DNA of 50,704 nucleotides from a virus (taxonomy: Duplodnaviria > Caudoviricetes): positions 1-50,704 of IMG/VR virus record IMGVR_UViG_3300022173_000136; one strand, written 5' to 3'. Shown here in pieces: positions 35,801 to 44,079 of this stretch (the first letter of the stretch is position 1; the number at the start of each line of letters is the position of its first letter). A model generated the notes under the pieces. It did not search any database, was not told the origin of the DNA, and saw nothing but the letters and a program-made list of their open reading frames with translations. A program made the translations under genes and the position numbers.

Positions 35801-37612
35801 GCCGAGGGCGGAGGAGCCGGCCGCGTCCTCATGAAGATGATCGAGAAGGCCGATGACTACGGCGACCTCGAAGCTGGCCGCCTGCTCGTTCGCATCGCCG
35901 ACGCGCAGCCGTCCCGACTGTCGAGAGCGCAGCGGTTCGACATCGTCGACGCGCTCGAAGGCCGCATCCACCCGAACAAGCTCGACTCACGCGCTCGCGT
36001 GGCATACGACGCCTACAAGGAAGCCGATACCGAGCTTGGGCTTCAGGCGACGGGGCTCGGCATCGAGGTCATGACCAAGAACGGATGGCGGCCGTTCTCG
36101 ATGATGGAGAACCACTATCCGCACGTGCTGAAGGCCGCTCGTGAGCTGAAGCGCGGAGCTGTCCGGCGCGATGTCATCGACAACATCGTCCGGCTCGGCA
36201 TTAAGGCTGACAAGGCAGAGGCGACCGCATTCGTCGACGACTGGGTGAGCTACCTCGAAAGCGGCAAGCGCAAGGAGTCCATCATTCAGCACATGGTCGA
36301 GACGAAGCAGGCCAAGACCGAAGCCGAGGCGCTCGCGAGACTGGAGAAGTATCGAAGCAACATCGCGCGCCACGGCTCGCTGGAGTACTCGCGCGAGCTG
36401 AACCTTCCGTTCTATGACCCGGACCCGGTTCGCGTGATGCCGTTCACGCTGGCCTCGGGCGCGAAGCGGCTCGCCCAGGTCGCCGTATTCGGCCAGGATC
36501 ACCACGTTATCAACCAAGAGATTCTGAACATCGGGCGTGCCGGCGGAAACACCGACTTCGTCCGCGACGCCGTCGATAGAATGATCGGCAAGAAGGTCGA
36601 CACCACCGACGAGGCCGTCGTCTCGCGGTTCATTCGCTCGCTGTCGACGCTGAAGATGTCGCTCGCGTCCATTCCGAACTCGACGCAGGTTCTCAACGCT
36701 CTGACCGCGTCGGACCTGCCGAGCTTCGCGGCCGGACTCAAGGGCGGCTTCACGGCGAAGGGCCGGCGGCTCGCCATCGAGAGCGGCGCGGCCATCGACC
36801 CAGTTCTCAAGGAAGCGATGAAGCAGGCCGGCGGCTCCGAGCTGATGGACAATTACCTCAAGCTATCCGGCTTCCAAGCGACGGAGCGGTTCAACCGCGC
36901 AGTGTCGGCGAACGCCGGCGTCACGTGGGCGAAGCGCAATCTCGCGAAGGCGTCCGGCAGCGGCCGCGGAGCTGAACAGGCGAAGGCGTTCTTGACGGAG
37001 CTTGGCATCGACCCGGCGAAGGCCGTCAAGCGCGGCAGCCTCACCGAACAGGAGATGCTGACCGCGGCGAAGAAGTTCGCCGACGCGACGCAGTTCCGCA
37101 CTCGGCCGCAGGATCTACCCGCGCTCGCGACCGAAAGCGCGTGGGGCAAGGCATGGTTCCAGTTCAAGGGATTCGCCTATCAGCAGGCCCGTTTCGCAGC
37201 CAAGCAGACATACGGGGAGTTCAAGGCAGGGCGTCCCGAGCGCGGCATGCGGAACCTGCTCTTGCTCGGCGTGCTCTATCCGTACACCACCGGCGAGCTG
37301 GTTCGCCTGTTGCGGGAGAAGATCACCGGGCGCGAAGACAAGTTCAAGTCTGGACTCGAACGCTACTACAACAACCTCGCGGCGAGCAGCTCCGCCGGCA
37401 TCCTGCTCGACGCAGTGAACGCGGCAGAACAGAACCGAGTGCCGGAGTTCGTCGGCGGTCCTGCCGTGGGCCAAGTGACAGACTTCGCAAAGATGATGCG
37501 GGAGCTTGCCGACAAAGACAAGAGCCTCAAGGCGAAGGAGAAGGCCGTCGGGCGCTACGCGCTAACGCGGTTCGGCTCGTTGCCGCGGCGCGCTGTTACT
37601 GCGTTGAAGTAG
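32798..37612 (+). CDS. Large polyvalent ejection protein with a ddrB-like ParB domain
   Basis: 1604 aa; PPPPGF N-terminal repeats; ARYVVRE..QASH..NDRDY..GPSII..VLGGNSR motif (about 34400-34900); helical C-terminus with FQFKGF. Confidence 0.75.
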   Translation: MGWNKVGSNQKGGQVAIPPPPPGFSIVKQAAAVPPPPKGFEVVPPAAVQPPDPLKRNITRAEDLPGQDEFDASHEAAGAAMEQMLTHPPTPNPQMRAPAAKQGMGGRPPASPGVARTFSDFAAGVKEFANTPGLPVTQLVPDLKPTSKVGKAALGVTRGAAELVEGLSTPLNVGMLVAGGPAAKILTKVSPLLPRAVSAIFSLDMLNGLSQEIPEVADAVKSGDPERIAKSVTKASGTAAFATLAGKHAIRGEGRPSSAQLRDRVLEGDRAPKPTTPPTSAQLRDRVLEGEPLKPEATVAEKPGRTSRTDLAAMARGGVKKRLTADDLRKMKESLPEGFSIVEPKADAGAIVEKQTKPGKTAADSAQVFDKAGPTYTELFDEAVKGAPGEQRKAALAAMARKPAADKAAANKKTADMLRGMKTGKPESSAELAELPAELSPEAAVPPEVIEKAAPKVVSETPGEIAAESGKIGNKEVPPASGKIPAGTPQEAPKPAEVPTPQAAPESVTPPAEPAKSAVPERLPKTPPVAGKTVEVKVPGEETPYPARYVVREMEDVQASHNGLNFEPNPNYEIKNDRDYQSNEHLQAAVVERSGDKFDPSFTVGDYPTAEHGPSIIDQRGNVLGGNSRVQTMQRVDEYNPAGREKYNAALKEKAASLGIDPEAVGKMKRPVLLRELTGEHDSQRAVTDFNKGAPAKLKPHEQAVADGRRLSPKTVQDIAARLGDLGDSGTMAEALRGDNGAEVLNLLEKDGVITAQEKGGLVDQRDQLTPEMKSRISKALVGRLFSTPAEYSNTPPAVHAKLERVAPQVLRVEGRSGWNITEHVRDAVSLLEEARAHKSKVADTAAQIDMSGERKVYSPEAVRIAEVMEESPRNVEYAFRRYANDEALSRPGAQGSMFEPPPQHVAFADAFGDLPPRAETPIEQPMRGLEDKVARPSKKNSKKAGTKGFIEKLVSDESGEARIPTRADIEKIKRAYEDSDTKVIVDAGKSVLRSLGARVRAEGGGAGRVLMKMIEKADDYGDLEAGRLLVRIADAQPSRLSRAQRFDIVDALEGRIHPNKLDSRARVAYDAYKEADTELGLQATGLGIEVMTKNGWRPFSMMENHYPHVLKAARELKRGAVRRDVIDNIVRLGIKADKAEATAFVDDWVSYLESGKRKESIIQHMVETKQAKTEAEALARLEKYRSNIARHGSLEYSRELNLPFYDPDPVRVMPFTLASGAKRLAQVAVFGQDHHVINQEILNIGRAGGNTDFVRDAVDRMIGKKVDTTDEAVVSRFIRSLSTLKMSLASIPNSTQVLNALTASDLPSFAAGLKGGFTAKGRRLAIESGAAIDPVLKEAMKQAGGSELMDNYLKLSGFQATERFNRAVSANAGVTWAKRNLAKASGSGRGAEQAKAFLTELGIDPAKAVKRGSLTEQEMLTAAKKFADATQFRTRPQDLPALATESAWGKAWFQFKGFAYQQARFAAKQTYGEFKAGRPERGMRNLLLLGVLYPYTTGELVRLLREKITGREDKFKSGLERYYNNLAASSSAGILLDAVNAAEQNRVPEFVGGPAVGQVTDFAKMMRELADKDKSLKAKEKAVGRYALTRFGSLPRRAVTALK
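33569..33666 (+). repeat. 32-bp direct repeat (1 mismatch), period 66
   Basis: 33569-33600 and 33635-33666; both encode SAQLRDRVLEG. Confidence 0.85.
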
Positions 37613-38309
37613 GCGGCGCCGGGAGTTCGTTCGTCCATGTCCACGTGCCATTGACGAGCCAGCACAGACCGAACTTCGAGTTCACGAGGCGCATGATGCC
37701 TTGCATCTCGGGTCCGCACACCGGCCCGGCCGCGGCCAGGGCGTTGACGTAGTCCTGCAACGTCGTTTGATGCACGTCGACGAAGCCGCCGTTGGCGAGG
37801 CGAACGCTTCCGTCAACGACGGGGCCGGAGTGCAGCTCCGTCAATTGCACCGTGCCGCCTTGCGGCAAGAGCTGTGTAACGACGATGTTCGACACGACGG
37901 CATTGCCGACGGACGCGCGGAAGTCGAGCCGAAGCACGCCGTTGTTTACGGCCGTGAAGAGCTTCACGAGGTAGCGAGTGCGAAGGCCCGCCAGCTTGAA
38001 GAGGTCGAGCGGAGCGGAAGACGATCCGTTCGCCGACACGGTAAAGATGCGCTGGCCGGCCGCGGTCTTGTTCGGCTCCATCAGCCACAGCTCGACCATG
38101 TAGAGGCCGTTCGGCTCCGGGATCGAGTAGGAGAAGGACTGCCCGTATCGCAGGTCCTCCCACGGGATCGCTCCGAGGTAGACGTAGCCGGCAACCGTCG
38201 GATTCCAGACCAGCCCGCCCGTGTAGTTCGCGTCGGTCGTTCCGCCGGCGTCAATCGCCTGCCCGGTCGCCGCCAAGGTCGCCATAAGTAGCCATGCGAA
38301 GAGTCTCAT
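37596..38309 (-). CDS. Secreted malectin-domain carbohydrate-binding protein
   Basis: Signal peptide; RYG.SFSYSIP..NG.Y.V.L...EP....GQRIFTV..NG....LDLF..AG..G.L.L.F....GNA.VS.I. Confidence 0.85.
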   Translation of the reverse strand: MRLFAWLLMATLAATGQAIDAGGTTDANYTGGLVWNPTVAGYVYLGAIPWEDLRYGQSFSYSIPEPNGLYMVELWLMEPNKTAAGQRIFTVSANGSSSAPLDLFKLAGLRTRYLVKLFTAVNNGVLRLDFRASVGNAVVSNIVVTQLLPQGGTVQLTELHSGPVVDGSVRLANGGFVDVHQTTLQDYVNALAAAGPVCGPEMQGIMRLVNSKFGLCWLVNGTWTWTNELPAPPTSTQ

Positions 38310-38622
38310 TCCTTAACCTCCATAACTGACAAGTCTTTGTGTCCCCGTGCCGGCGGACGATCTTCGTAGCGTCGCACCACTTGACCATGAAGTCGGCGCA
38401 GCGGTTCGCCATCCACGTTGCCCACGACGCCGGCAGCATGTCCGGCAGGTAGAGCGGCAGAAGCAGCGGCCACAGGAAGACGAACGCAACCCACGGCCGA
38501 AACCTCGTATTGAAGAAGAGCAGGACATCGCTCGCGAGACAGATCACCGATACGACGGCGTACACCGCCCACAAGATCACCATGAATGAATACCCTACCC
38601 CTAGCCAGAACTTCCGCTTCAT
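38251..38622 (-). CDS. Membrane protein (about two TM segments)
   Basis: ATGA coupling at 38619-38622; hydrophobic N-terminal half. Confidence 0.55.
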   Translation of the reverse strand: MKRKFWLGVGYSFMVILWAVYAVVSVICLASDVLLFFNTRFRPWVAFVFLWPLLLPLYLPDMLPASWATWMANRCADFMVKWCDATKIVRRHGDTKTCQLWRLRNETLRMATYGDLGGDRAGD

Positions 38623-39446
38623 TTGACCACTAGCCTTGTTTTGTTCGTGAGCAACCTCGCTCCGGGAATGCGACGCTTGCCGGTTCCGCCGCACTTCGGA
38701 CAGTCGACCATCTCGATTCCCTCTGGATTCTCTTCGCTCGCGAAGGTCGTCGAGAGCGTCTTGCCGGCGGGACAGCCGTCGTCAACGGAGCACGCTTCGC
38801 ACGGTTCCTTAAGCGCGGCCAGCAGCTTCTTCTTGTCGACAGCATACTCGCAGTTGAAGGTGATAGCGTCGCTCGTAGATAAGACCGCAAGTTGAAGCGC
38901 AGCTATACGTTTGGTCGTGTCCTTCTCGTTGAAATCCGCAATGCAAGCCTTATTCCACATGTCCCCCGGCATTCTGGCTGTCAACTCGACAGTCTTAAAC
39001 TCCAGCGGGACAAGCGACTCGTCGGTCACTTCGCAGGAGTCGGCGACGCCGGCCGCGGTCAAGGTGTAGTTCACGCCTTCGAGCGGCAGGCGCTTACCCT
39101 TGTTGTCGCGACCGAGCGAGTCGATGACGAAGAGAGCGAAGTCGCCCAGGCGACGCGCGTCGGCCTCGGCGCGCGTGATGCGCTTCTTCAGTCGCTCCGT
39201 CTCGATCTTGACGAACGCCTCCAGCTCGCCTTTAGCGGCCGCGGCGCGCATCGTGAAGTAGTGAATCAGCTTCGCGTAGTTGTCGACCTTCTCGCCCTTG
39301 GCGAGCAGGGTATCTCGAACCTCTTCCCGGAACTCGGCGAGCAGCTCGTCGGGGACGGCCCCTTCGGTGTCTTCGAGGTAGGCGACGTGCTGGACGAGGT
39401 CGAGCAGGTTCCGCTTGCGTGGTTGCTGTTCCAGTTCTTTCGACAT
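38619..39446 (-). CDS. Siphovirus Gp157-like protein with an inserted zinc finger
   Basis: KVDNYAKLI..ERLKKR..DESLVPLEFK..VDKKKLLAALK..IPGARL; CEAC and CPKCGGTG insert. Confidence 0.75.
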   Translation of the reverse strand: MSKELEQQPRKRNLLDLVQHVAYLEDTEGAVPDELLAEFREEVRDTLLAKGEKVDNYAKLIHYFTMRAAAAKGELEAFVKIETERLKKRITRAEADARRLGDFALFVIDSLGRDNKGKRLPLEGVNYTLTAAGVADSCEVTDESLVPLEFKTVELTARMPGDMWNKACIADFNEKDTTKRIAALQLAVLSTSDAITFNCEYAVDKKKLLAALKEPCEACSVDDGCPAGKTLSTTFASEENPEGIEMVDCPKCGGTGKRRIPGARLLTNKTRLVVK

Positions 39447-39811
39447 TAGACGGGCTCCCCTTTCGATTCGCTCGGCTGTTGCGGAATCATCCCGAGTTGA
39501 GCGCCGGCGCGAAGGCCGGTTCCGAAGAGGACAATCAGGGTCCCGACAAGAACGTCCGGGTTGTCCGTCATTACGACCGTTTGAATGGCCGTCCTCAAGT
39601 TCATGTTGATGAAGCCGGAGACTTCCTTGTCTTCGCGCATCGCCTTTCCGAGCGGGTTGCTCAGGCCGAGAAACCCGTGCTGTCCGTTCGTGGAGATGGT
39701 CAGGTCCCGCTCGTATTTTAGGAAATCGCCCACCTTCTTCATGTACGCCTTTAGCTCTTCGTTTGGCTCCGGCGCTGTCAGTTTGATGTCGTGCAGATCG
39801 TCGATGTTCAT
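39446..39811 (-). CDS. Hypothetical protein
   Basis: Tightly packed operon ORF. Confidence 0.65.
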   Translation of the reverse strand: MNIDDLHDIKLTAPEPNEELKAYMKKVGDFLKYERDLTISTNGQHGFLGLSNPLGKAMREDKEVSGFINMNLRTAIQTVVMTDNPDVLVGTLIVLFGTGLRAGAQLGMIPQQPSESKGEPV

Positions 39812-39823
39812 TATGATGACCCC

Positions 39824-40534
39824 TTAGAACGGTACGTCGTCGTCGGTAATCTCATCGGACGCGCGATGATGCGGCTCGGGAGCTTCCGGCTCGGGCGGGT
39901 ACTCGTTGCCGAAGTCTTCGACGTGCGCCGGCTTGACGGGCGGTTCGATGCGCTTCCCGGCTTCCTCGATCGCTGGCACGGTCACGGCTTTGAGCTGACC
40001 CACCAACCAACGATGTTGCTCGCGGAAATCCCACTCGTGAGTATCCGGGTCCTGCTTCGCCGACGGCATGCCGTTCGGTTTCTCGCGCGTGTAGAACGCG
40101 CGCACAGTCTCGCCGCTTTGCTGGAACCAGACGCCCAGTTCCTCGGAGCCGTCCTGCTTCTTGCCCTTGAAGACGGTAATCGAGAGCGGCAACAACCAAT
40201 TGATGTTCGGAGCCACGCGCAGGAACCGGCGGAGAAGCTGCGACTGATACGGCATGTCGAGAACGTACAGGTCCTCGCCGTCCTTCAAATGCAGCTTGAA
40301 GCCGAAATAGCGAGTCGAGTACTTCTTCTCGGTGTCGTATTTCTCCAGCTTCACCGCGCGGCCGACGACGGAGTTGTATTTGAAGCCATGCTTCGTTGAT
40401 ACAACATCGGTCTTCGGATTCTTCACTTCGACGGCTTCGCAGCCCTCGACCGGGTGTTTCAGTTCTTGCCACAGGCAATAGTGCTTGGCCTGCAAGTAGA
40501 CGGTCGTCGATTCGCTTCTTCTGGTGAGTGCCAT
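39824..40534 (-). CDS. Putative single-stranded DNA-binding protein
   Basis: Beta-rich core with an acidic tail EITDDDVPF; GAGGAA RBS. Confidence 0.7.
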   Translation of the reverse strand: MALTRRSESTTVYLQAKHYCLWQELKHPVEGCEAVEVKNPKTDVVSTKHGFKYNSVVGRAVKLEKYDTEKKYSTRYFGFKLHLKDGEDLYVLDMPYQSQLLRRFLRVAPNINWLLPLSITVFKGKKQDGSEELGVWFQQSGETVRAFYTREKPNGMPSAKQDPDTHEWDFREQHRWLVGQLKAVTVPAIEEAGKRIEPPVKPAHVEDFGNEYPPEPEAPEPHHRASDEITDDDVPF

Positions 40535-40543
40535 AGTTCCTCT

Positions 40544-40963
40544 TTACTTGAAGTCTGCCGCGTCCATCGGGTCTGCGCCGATGCCGCGACGTTGTTGGTG
40601 TTCTTCGTAAGCGCGCGCGTTCGAGCGGCTCACAGGATGGGGAGTAGGGTCGCCGCCGATAGGGAACGGATTGACCTCGTGCCGGCTGGCAGTGATCGCG
40701 GTCGCCGTGTCGTTGAACCGCTTCAACACCGCCCGCTTGCAGTAGGCGTAGGCGGCTTCCATGCGCGCATCGAACGCGGACGCTGGAGCCGTGACCTTCT
40801 GCGATTGGAAGAAGTCGACCTTCTGGTACTTCATGCGCGGGTCGAATTGATCGCACTGGAGATTGAGAGAAAACGAGGCCGTACCTTCGAGCATCTCTTC
40901 GGTAGGCATGATGAACCCCGGCGTCGGAGCCTTGAGTAGTTTCTTGGCGTGGCGTGCTTTCAT
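40544..40963 (-). CDS. Hypothetical protein
   Basis: Leaderless promoter TTCCAC-17-TAAAGT-7-ATG with upstream GTAC-N4-GATC. Confidence 0.65.
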   Translation of the reverse strand: MKARHAKKLLKAPTPGFIMPTEEMLEGTASFSLNLQCDQFDPRMKYQKVDFFQSQKVTAPASAFDARMEAAYAYCKRAVLKRFNDTATAITASRHEVNPFPIGGDPTPHPVSRSNARAYEEHQQRRGIGADPMDAADFK

Positions 40964-41003
40964 GCTTTCGACTTTACGAAGCCGGTTCGTTTTGTGGAAT
41001 AGA

Positions 41004-41291
41004 TCAAAGGTACTGTTTTTTGGGAATGTAGGTGGGCTCGCTCTTCGTTACGTCGAGCACCATCTCGATTCTGGCCTTGCGCGCCGAGGTCGGCGTCTCC
41101 TCGCCCATGTCCCAGGCGACGCGCGGCTCGCTCCGCGGCGTCGCGTTCATGTACATGTCGCGGAAGTAGCCGCCATCGCTGCCGGCCGTCGTCGTGAATC
41201 TCGGGGACCAGTAGGCTGTGCGCCGTCTCGACTCTTCAAGCACGCGCGCCATTCTCTCTACTTGCTCTGGCGTGAAGAGAGGCTTATTCAT
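41004..41291 (-). CDS. Hypothetical protein
   Basis: ATGA coupling. Confidence 0.55.
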   Translation of the reverse strand: MNKPLFTPEQVERMARVLEESRRRTAYWSPRFTTTAGSDGGYFRDMYMNATPRSEPRVAWDMGEETPTSARKARIEMVLDVTKSEPTYIPKKQYL

Positions 41292-41872
41292 CGAACCTCG
41301 AAGGCGATGCCGCTGCCCTTGTCTGGCTTCAGGCCGAGTACTTGGCCGTTCCAGCAGTCTTGCCGAGCGGCAAGGTTCGCGGGGTCCGGCAGAACGAACC
41401 CCGCGACTTTGTCCGGTTCGAGCGTCGCGCCGGCCACTTTCCCGTGGAGGAAATGGAAAAGGCCGGCCGCCATCGCTAAACCGAAGGCGTACTTCGCGCG
41501 CTTGTCGTCGCGAATCGTGATGACTTGGGCGTTTGTGATGACGGCGCCGCCGATGGTCGTCAGCTCGCCGACATCGGCCAGGATCGAGCGTATCGACCGC
41601 GCGCTCGTGTTCTTGACAATGGCGTCGAGCGCGCCGGCAGAGAAGACCACCAGCCCGCGGGAGTGAATCTCGCGGAGCACGGTCGCCGCCGGCAGGCTGA
41701 TAGCCTCATTGCCAGAACAGAGGGTCACGTCGAATACTGCGATGTCTTTCGGCGCTCGGCGTCCAAGCGTGGATCGCGCGGAGCTGCGACCTTGGTCGAC
41801 GAGGGAGACGGCCCAACGTGGCTCTTGCGCGAGCAGCGGCAGGCATAACAAAAAAAGAATAGCTCGGGTCAT
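41288..41872 (-). CDS. Exported hypothetical protein
   Basis: Signal peptide MTRAILFLLCLPLLAQ; AAGGA RBS. Confidence 0.7.
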   Translation of the reverse strand: MTRAILFLLCLPLLAQEPRWAVSLVDQGRSSARSTLGRRAPKDIAVFDVTLCSGNEAISLPAATVLREIHSRGLVVFSAGALDAIVKNTSARSIRSILADVGELTTIGGAVITNAQVITIRDDKRAKYAFGLAMAAGLFHFLHGKVAGATLEPDKVAGFVLPDPANLAARQDCWNGQVLGLKPDKGSGIAFEVR

Positions 41873-42090
41873 TCCTTGATCTTAACCGGCTTGGCCTTGC
41901 GACGGGCTTCGGCGCTGAAGACGTGCTTCGTAATCAGGCGGCAGGCAAACAGCTCGTTGACAACGGCGTCGAGCCGGTCCCGTTTGTTGATGACTTGCGC
42001 CGCAGCGTGGATCTTCTCGAAGCATGCGTCGAGCTGATTCATGGCCTTCTGGATGGAACTCAGGACGGGTTTCTTGGTTGCAGTGGACAT
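41869..42090 (-). CDS. Hypothetical protein
   Basis: Leaderless TAGCAT, 5 nt, ATG; ATGA coupling. Confidence 0.65.
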   Translation of the reverse strand: MSTATKKPVLSSIQKAMNQLDACFEKIHAAAQVINKRDRLDAVVNELFACRLITKHVFSAEARRKAKPVKIKE

Positions 42091-42095
42091 GAGCC

Positions 42096-42184
42096 ATGCT
42101 ACCCGAAGGCCGGAGCCGATTCTATCACCCGAATGTACCGTCAGTACTATTGACGGTCACAGGTCCGAACGGCACAATCGACGC
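42096..42184. promoter_or_regulatory. Divergent promoter pair around a GTAC-N5-GTAC/ACCGTCA-N7-TGACGGT site
   Basis: Rightward TTGACG(42150)-17-CACAAT(42173)-6-ATG 42185; leftward -10 TAGCAT (42096-42101). Confidence 0.75.
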
Positions 42185-42373
42185 ATGAAAGTAGAACTTC
42201 ACTCAAACGGAACGCTCCAGATTCACTTGACCGCGCAAACGCCGGTCGAAGACGCCTACTTGAAGACCATGCGCGACGCTGCCGAGAAGGGAACCGCGGT
42301 TCGCTTGACCCAAGCGCCGTTCGGCGGCCTCGCTGACAGCCCGATATCTGTCGTGGTTTCGATGGAGGTATAG
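42185..42373 (+). CDS. Hypothetical protein
   Basis: Leaderless start MKVELHSNG. Confidence 0.65.
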   Translation: MKVELHSNGTLQIHLTAQTPVEDAYLKTMRDAAEKGTAVRLTQAPFGGLADSPISVVVSMEV

Positions 42374-42380
42374 TAAGCAC

Positions 42381-43286
42381 ATGAGCAAAATCCCGATTCT
42401 CGAACGCCTTCAATTCCCGATTTACAACGACGCCGCTCACTATACCGCTGTGACCGGCCGGCATGCACCTTGGGACCCGACGAAACCCGTCCGCCACTGG
42501 GAAGCCCTCGGCGAACCCGGCCCGTACAACACCATCCCGAACGATCAGGTCGGCCTCGGTGTGTTCGACGGCGACGCGACGCTCGTCAACATCCCTTGCG
42601 TGCCCTACACCGTCTCGTGGGCTCCGCCGTCCGTCGATGTCACGGTGAACGGCCAGCCGCGCGCCGACGTGCTCTTCAGCACGCGCGAAGAGGCAATCGC
42701 CATCATGGAGGAGATGAACGTCGCGGCGAAGGGGACCTCGAACCCTGCAATCGTGATGTCGTCGCTCCGCGAGAACCAAGGCTTGTTCTTGTTCCGCTAC
42801 GTCTACGGCTCCGCCGAGAAGCGCCGTTGTTGGGAGTTCTTCGACATGGCCGGAACCGAGTACAACGCGGGCGAGCGGATCGCGCATCGCAACCGCGCCG
42901 GCTCCGCCATCCTCCGCGCCACGTGGAACGCCACGCTGAACCGCGCCGAAGACAAGGCTCTTCCGCCGGGAGTCTGGACCTACGCGAGCGATACGAAGGT
43001 CTGGTACTTCAAGCTCGAAGCCGGCCTTGAGTCGAACGAACCTTTGCCGGCGAAGGCTGGATCGGTTCGGCCCGCGGTCAAGCTGTTACCCGGCGAGTCT
43101 CTCGTGTGGGCGCCGTCGACCATGCCCGGAGTGCTTGAGCCGGTGGTCCAAGGTCAAGCCGACATCGAAAGCAAGTACGGCCCGCTCTCGGCTCTCGACA
43201 AGGAGCTGTTGCGGATCGGCCAGGAAACCGCCGCGCGCGTGGCGAACATCGAAGCGATGCTCAAGCGTGCGACTGGCGTACAGTAA
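42381..43286 (+). CDS. Hypothetical protein (301 aa)
   Basis: GGAGGT RBS; typical codon bias; followed by a hairpin. Confidence 0.75.
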   Translation: MSKIPILERLQFPIYNDAAHYTAVTGRHAPWDPTKPVRHWEALGEPGPYNTIPNDQVGLGVFDGDATLVNIPCVPYTVSWAPPSVDVTVNGQPRADVLFSTREEAIAIMEEMNVAAKGTSNPAIVMSSLRENQGLFLFRYVYGSAEKRRCWEFFDMAGTEYNAGERIAHRNRAGSAILRATWNATLNRAEDKALPPGVWTYASDTKVWYFKLEAGLESNEPLPAKAGSVRPAVKLLPGESLVWAPSTMPGVLEPVVQGQADIESKYGPLSALDKELLRIGQETAARVANIEAMLKRATGVQ

Positions 43287-43312
43287 TTCAACCAACGCAA
43301 GGTAGTAGACGC

Positions 43313-43341
43313 GGCCGCCGGGGTAGTGAACCTCGGCGGCC
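43313..43341. terminator. Hairpin between convergent genes (probable bidirectional terminator)
   Basis: GGCCGCCGGGGT-AGTGA-ACCTCGGCGGCC. Confidence 0.65.
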
Positions 43342-43350
43342 GTCGGTGTT

Positions 43351-44076
43351 TTATGCGCGCCAGTAAGACGGATCGAAGACGGCGTCCACGTCCTTGTAGG
43401 CTCCGTGATTGTCGACGACCGCGGTCATGTCGCGAACGGCCACGCGGAGCGGCTTCGGGGATTCCGGCCCGACCAGCCCGAGCGCCGGCGTGAACCAGTT
43501 CAGCGCGCGGTACGCGAACTTCAGGACGCTGTCACGCTTCGAGTGCATGACGGTGAACTTGCCCGCCTTGTACACGGCATTCTGGAACTCGCCGCTGAGT
43601 GCGAGCGAGTCGTAATCGACGGCCGGCGCGGTAAGGATCAGGCAATCGACGGAAGGCCCTTCCTTCAGCGCGCACAGGGCGACGCGAGCGCCCAGGCTAT
43701 GAGTCTCGACCGTAACCTTGCAGCCGGCGAGCTTCAGGTAGTCGATCAGCTCCGCCAGCTCCAAGCCGGCACGCTTCGCGCGAGCGACTGCCATCGAGAA
43801 GCCGACGCGCGCCCAGGACCCAGGCCAGAAGAAGCCAATGCGTGCGCTGTCGGTCATGCCTTTGCCGTCGAGCTGAGTAGAAAGGGTGTTGTAGGCGTTG
43901 GCCGCGCCCTCAAACTCGTTGCGGTATCCGTGGACGAAGATGTCGACCTGCCGGCCGGCAAGCATGTCCTGTAGCTGGCCCTTTGTGATCGCCTCGCCGG
44001 TGTCGCTGATACGCAACTGCAACGGGGCTAGGAAGGTCGTCGAAGTGAAGTTCTGGCGGCAGGAGGCATGTATCAT
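43351..44076 (-). CDS. Alpha/beta hydrolase (DUF900 esterase/lipase family)
   Basis: FVHGYRN, FFWPGS, nucleophile elbow THSLG, APAVD, SKRDSVL, catalytic H in NHGAY. Confidence 0.85.
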   Translation of the reverse strand: MIHASCRQNFTSTTFLAPLQLRISDTGEAITKGQLQDMLAGRQVDIFVHGYRNEFEGAANAYNTLSTQLDGKGMTDSARIGFFWPGSWARVGFSMAVARAKRAGLELAELIDYLKLAGCKVTVETHSLGARVALCALKEGPSVDCLILTAPAVDYDSLALSGEFQNAVYKAGKFTVMHSKRDSVLKFAYRALNWFTPALGLVGPESPKPLRVAVRDMTAVVDNHGAYKDVDAVFDPSYWRA

Positions 44077-44079
44077 GCC

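Noticed and set aside
32564-35971. 1135-aa antisense ORF, and similar ones at 7146-8804, 21485-23314, 23266-24750, 24856-26223 and 526-1914
   Set aside because: These are shadow frames of GC-rich, codon-biased sense genes; they are R/L/V/G-rich with no motifs or RBS.
42915-42930. Second parS (CGCGCCACGTGGAACG)
   Set aside because: Only the core and one arm match, and it lies inside a coding sequence.
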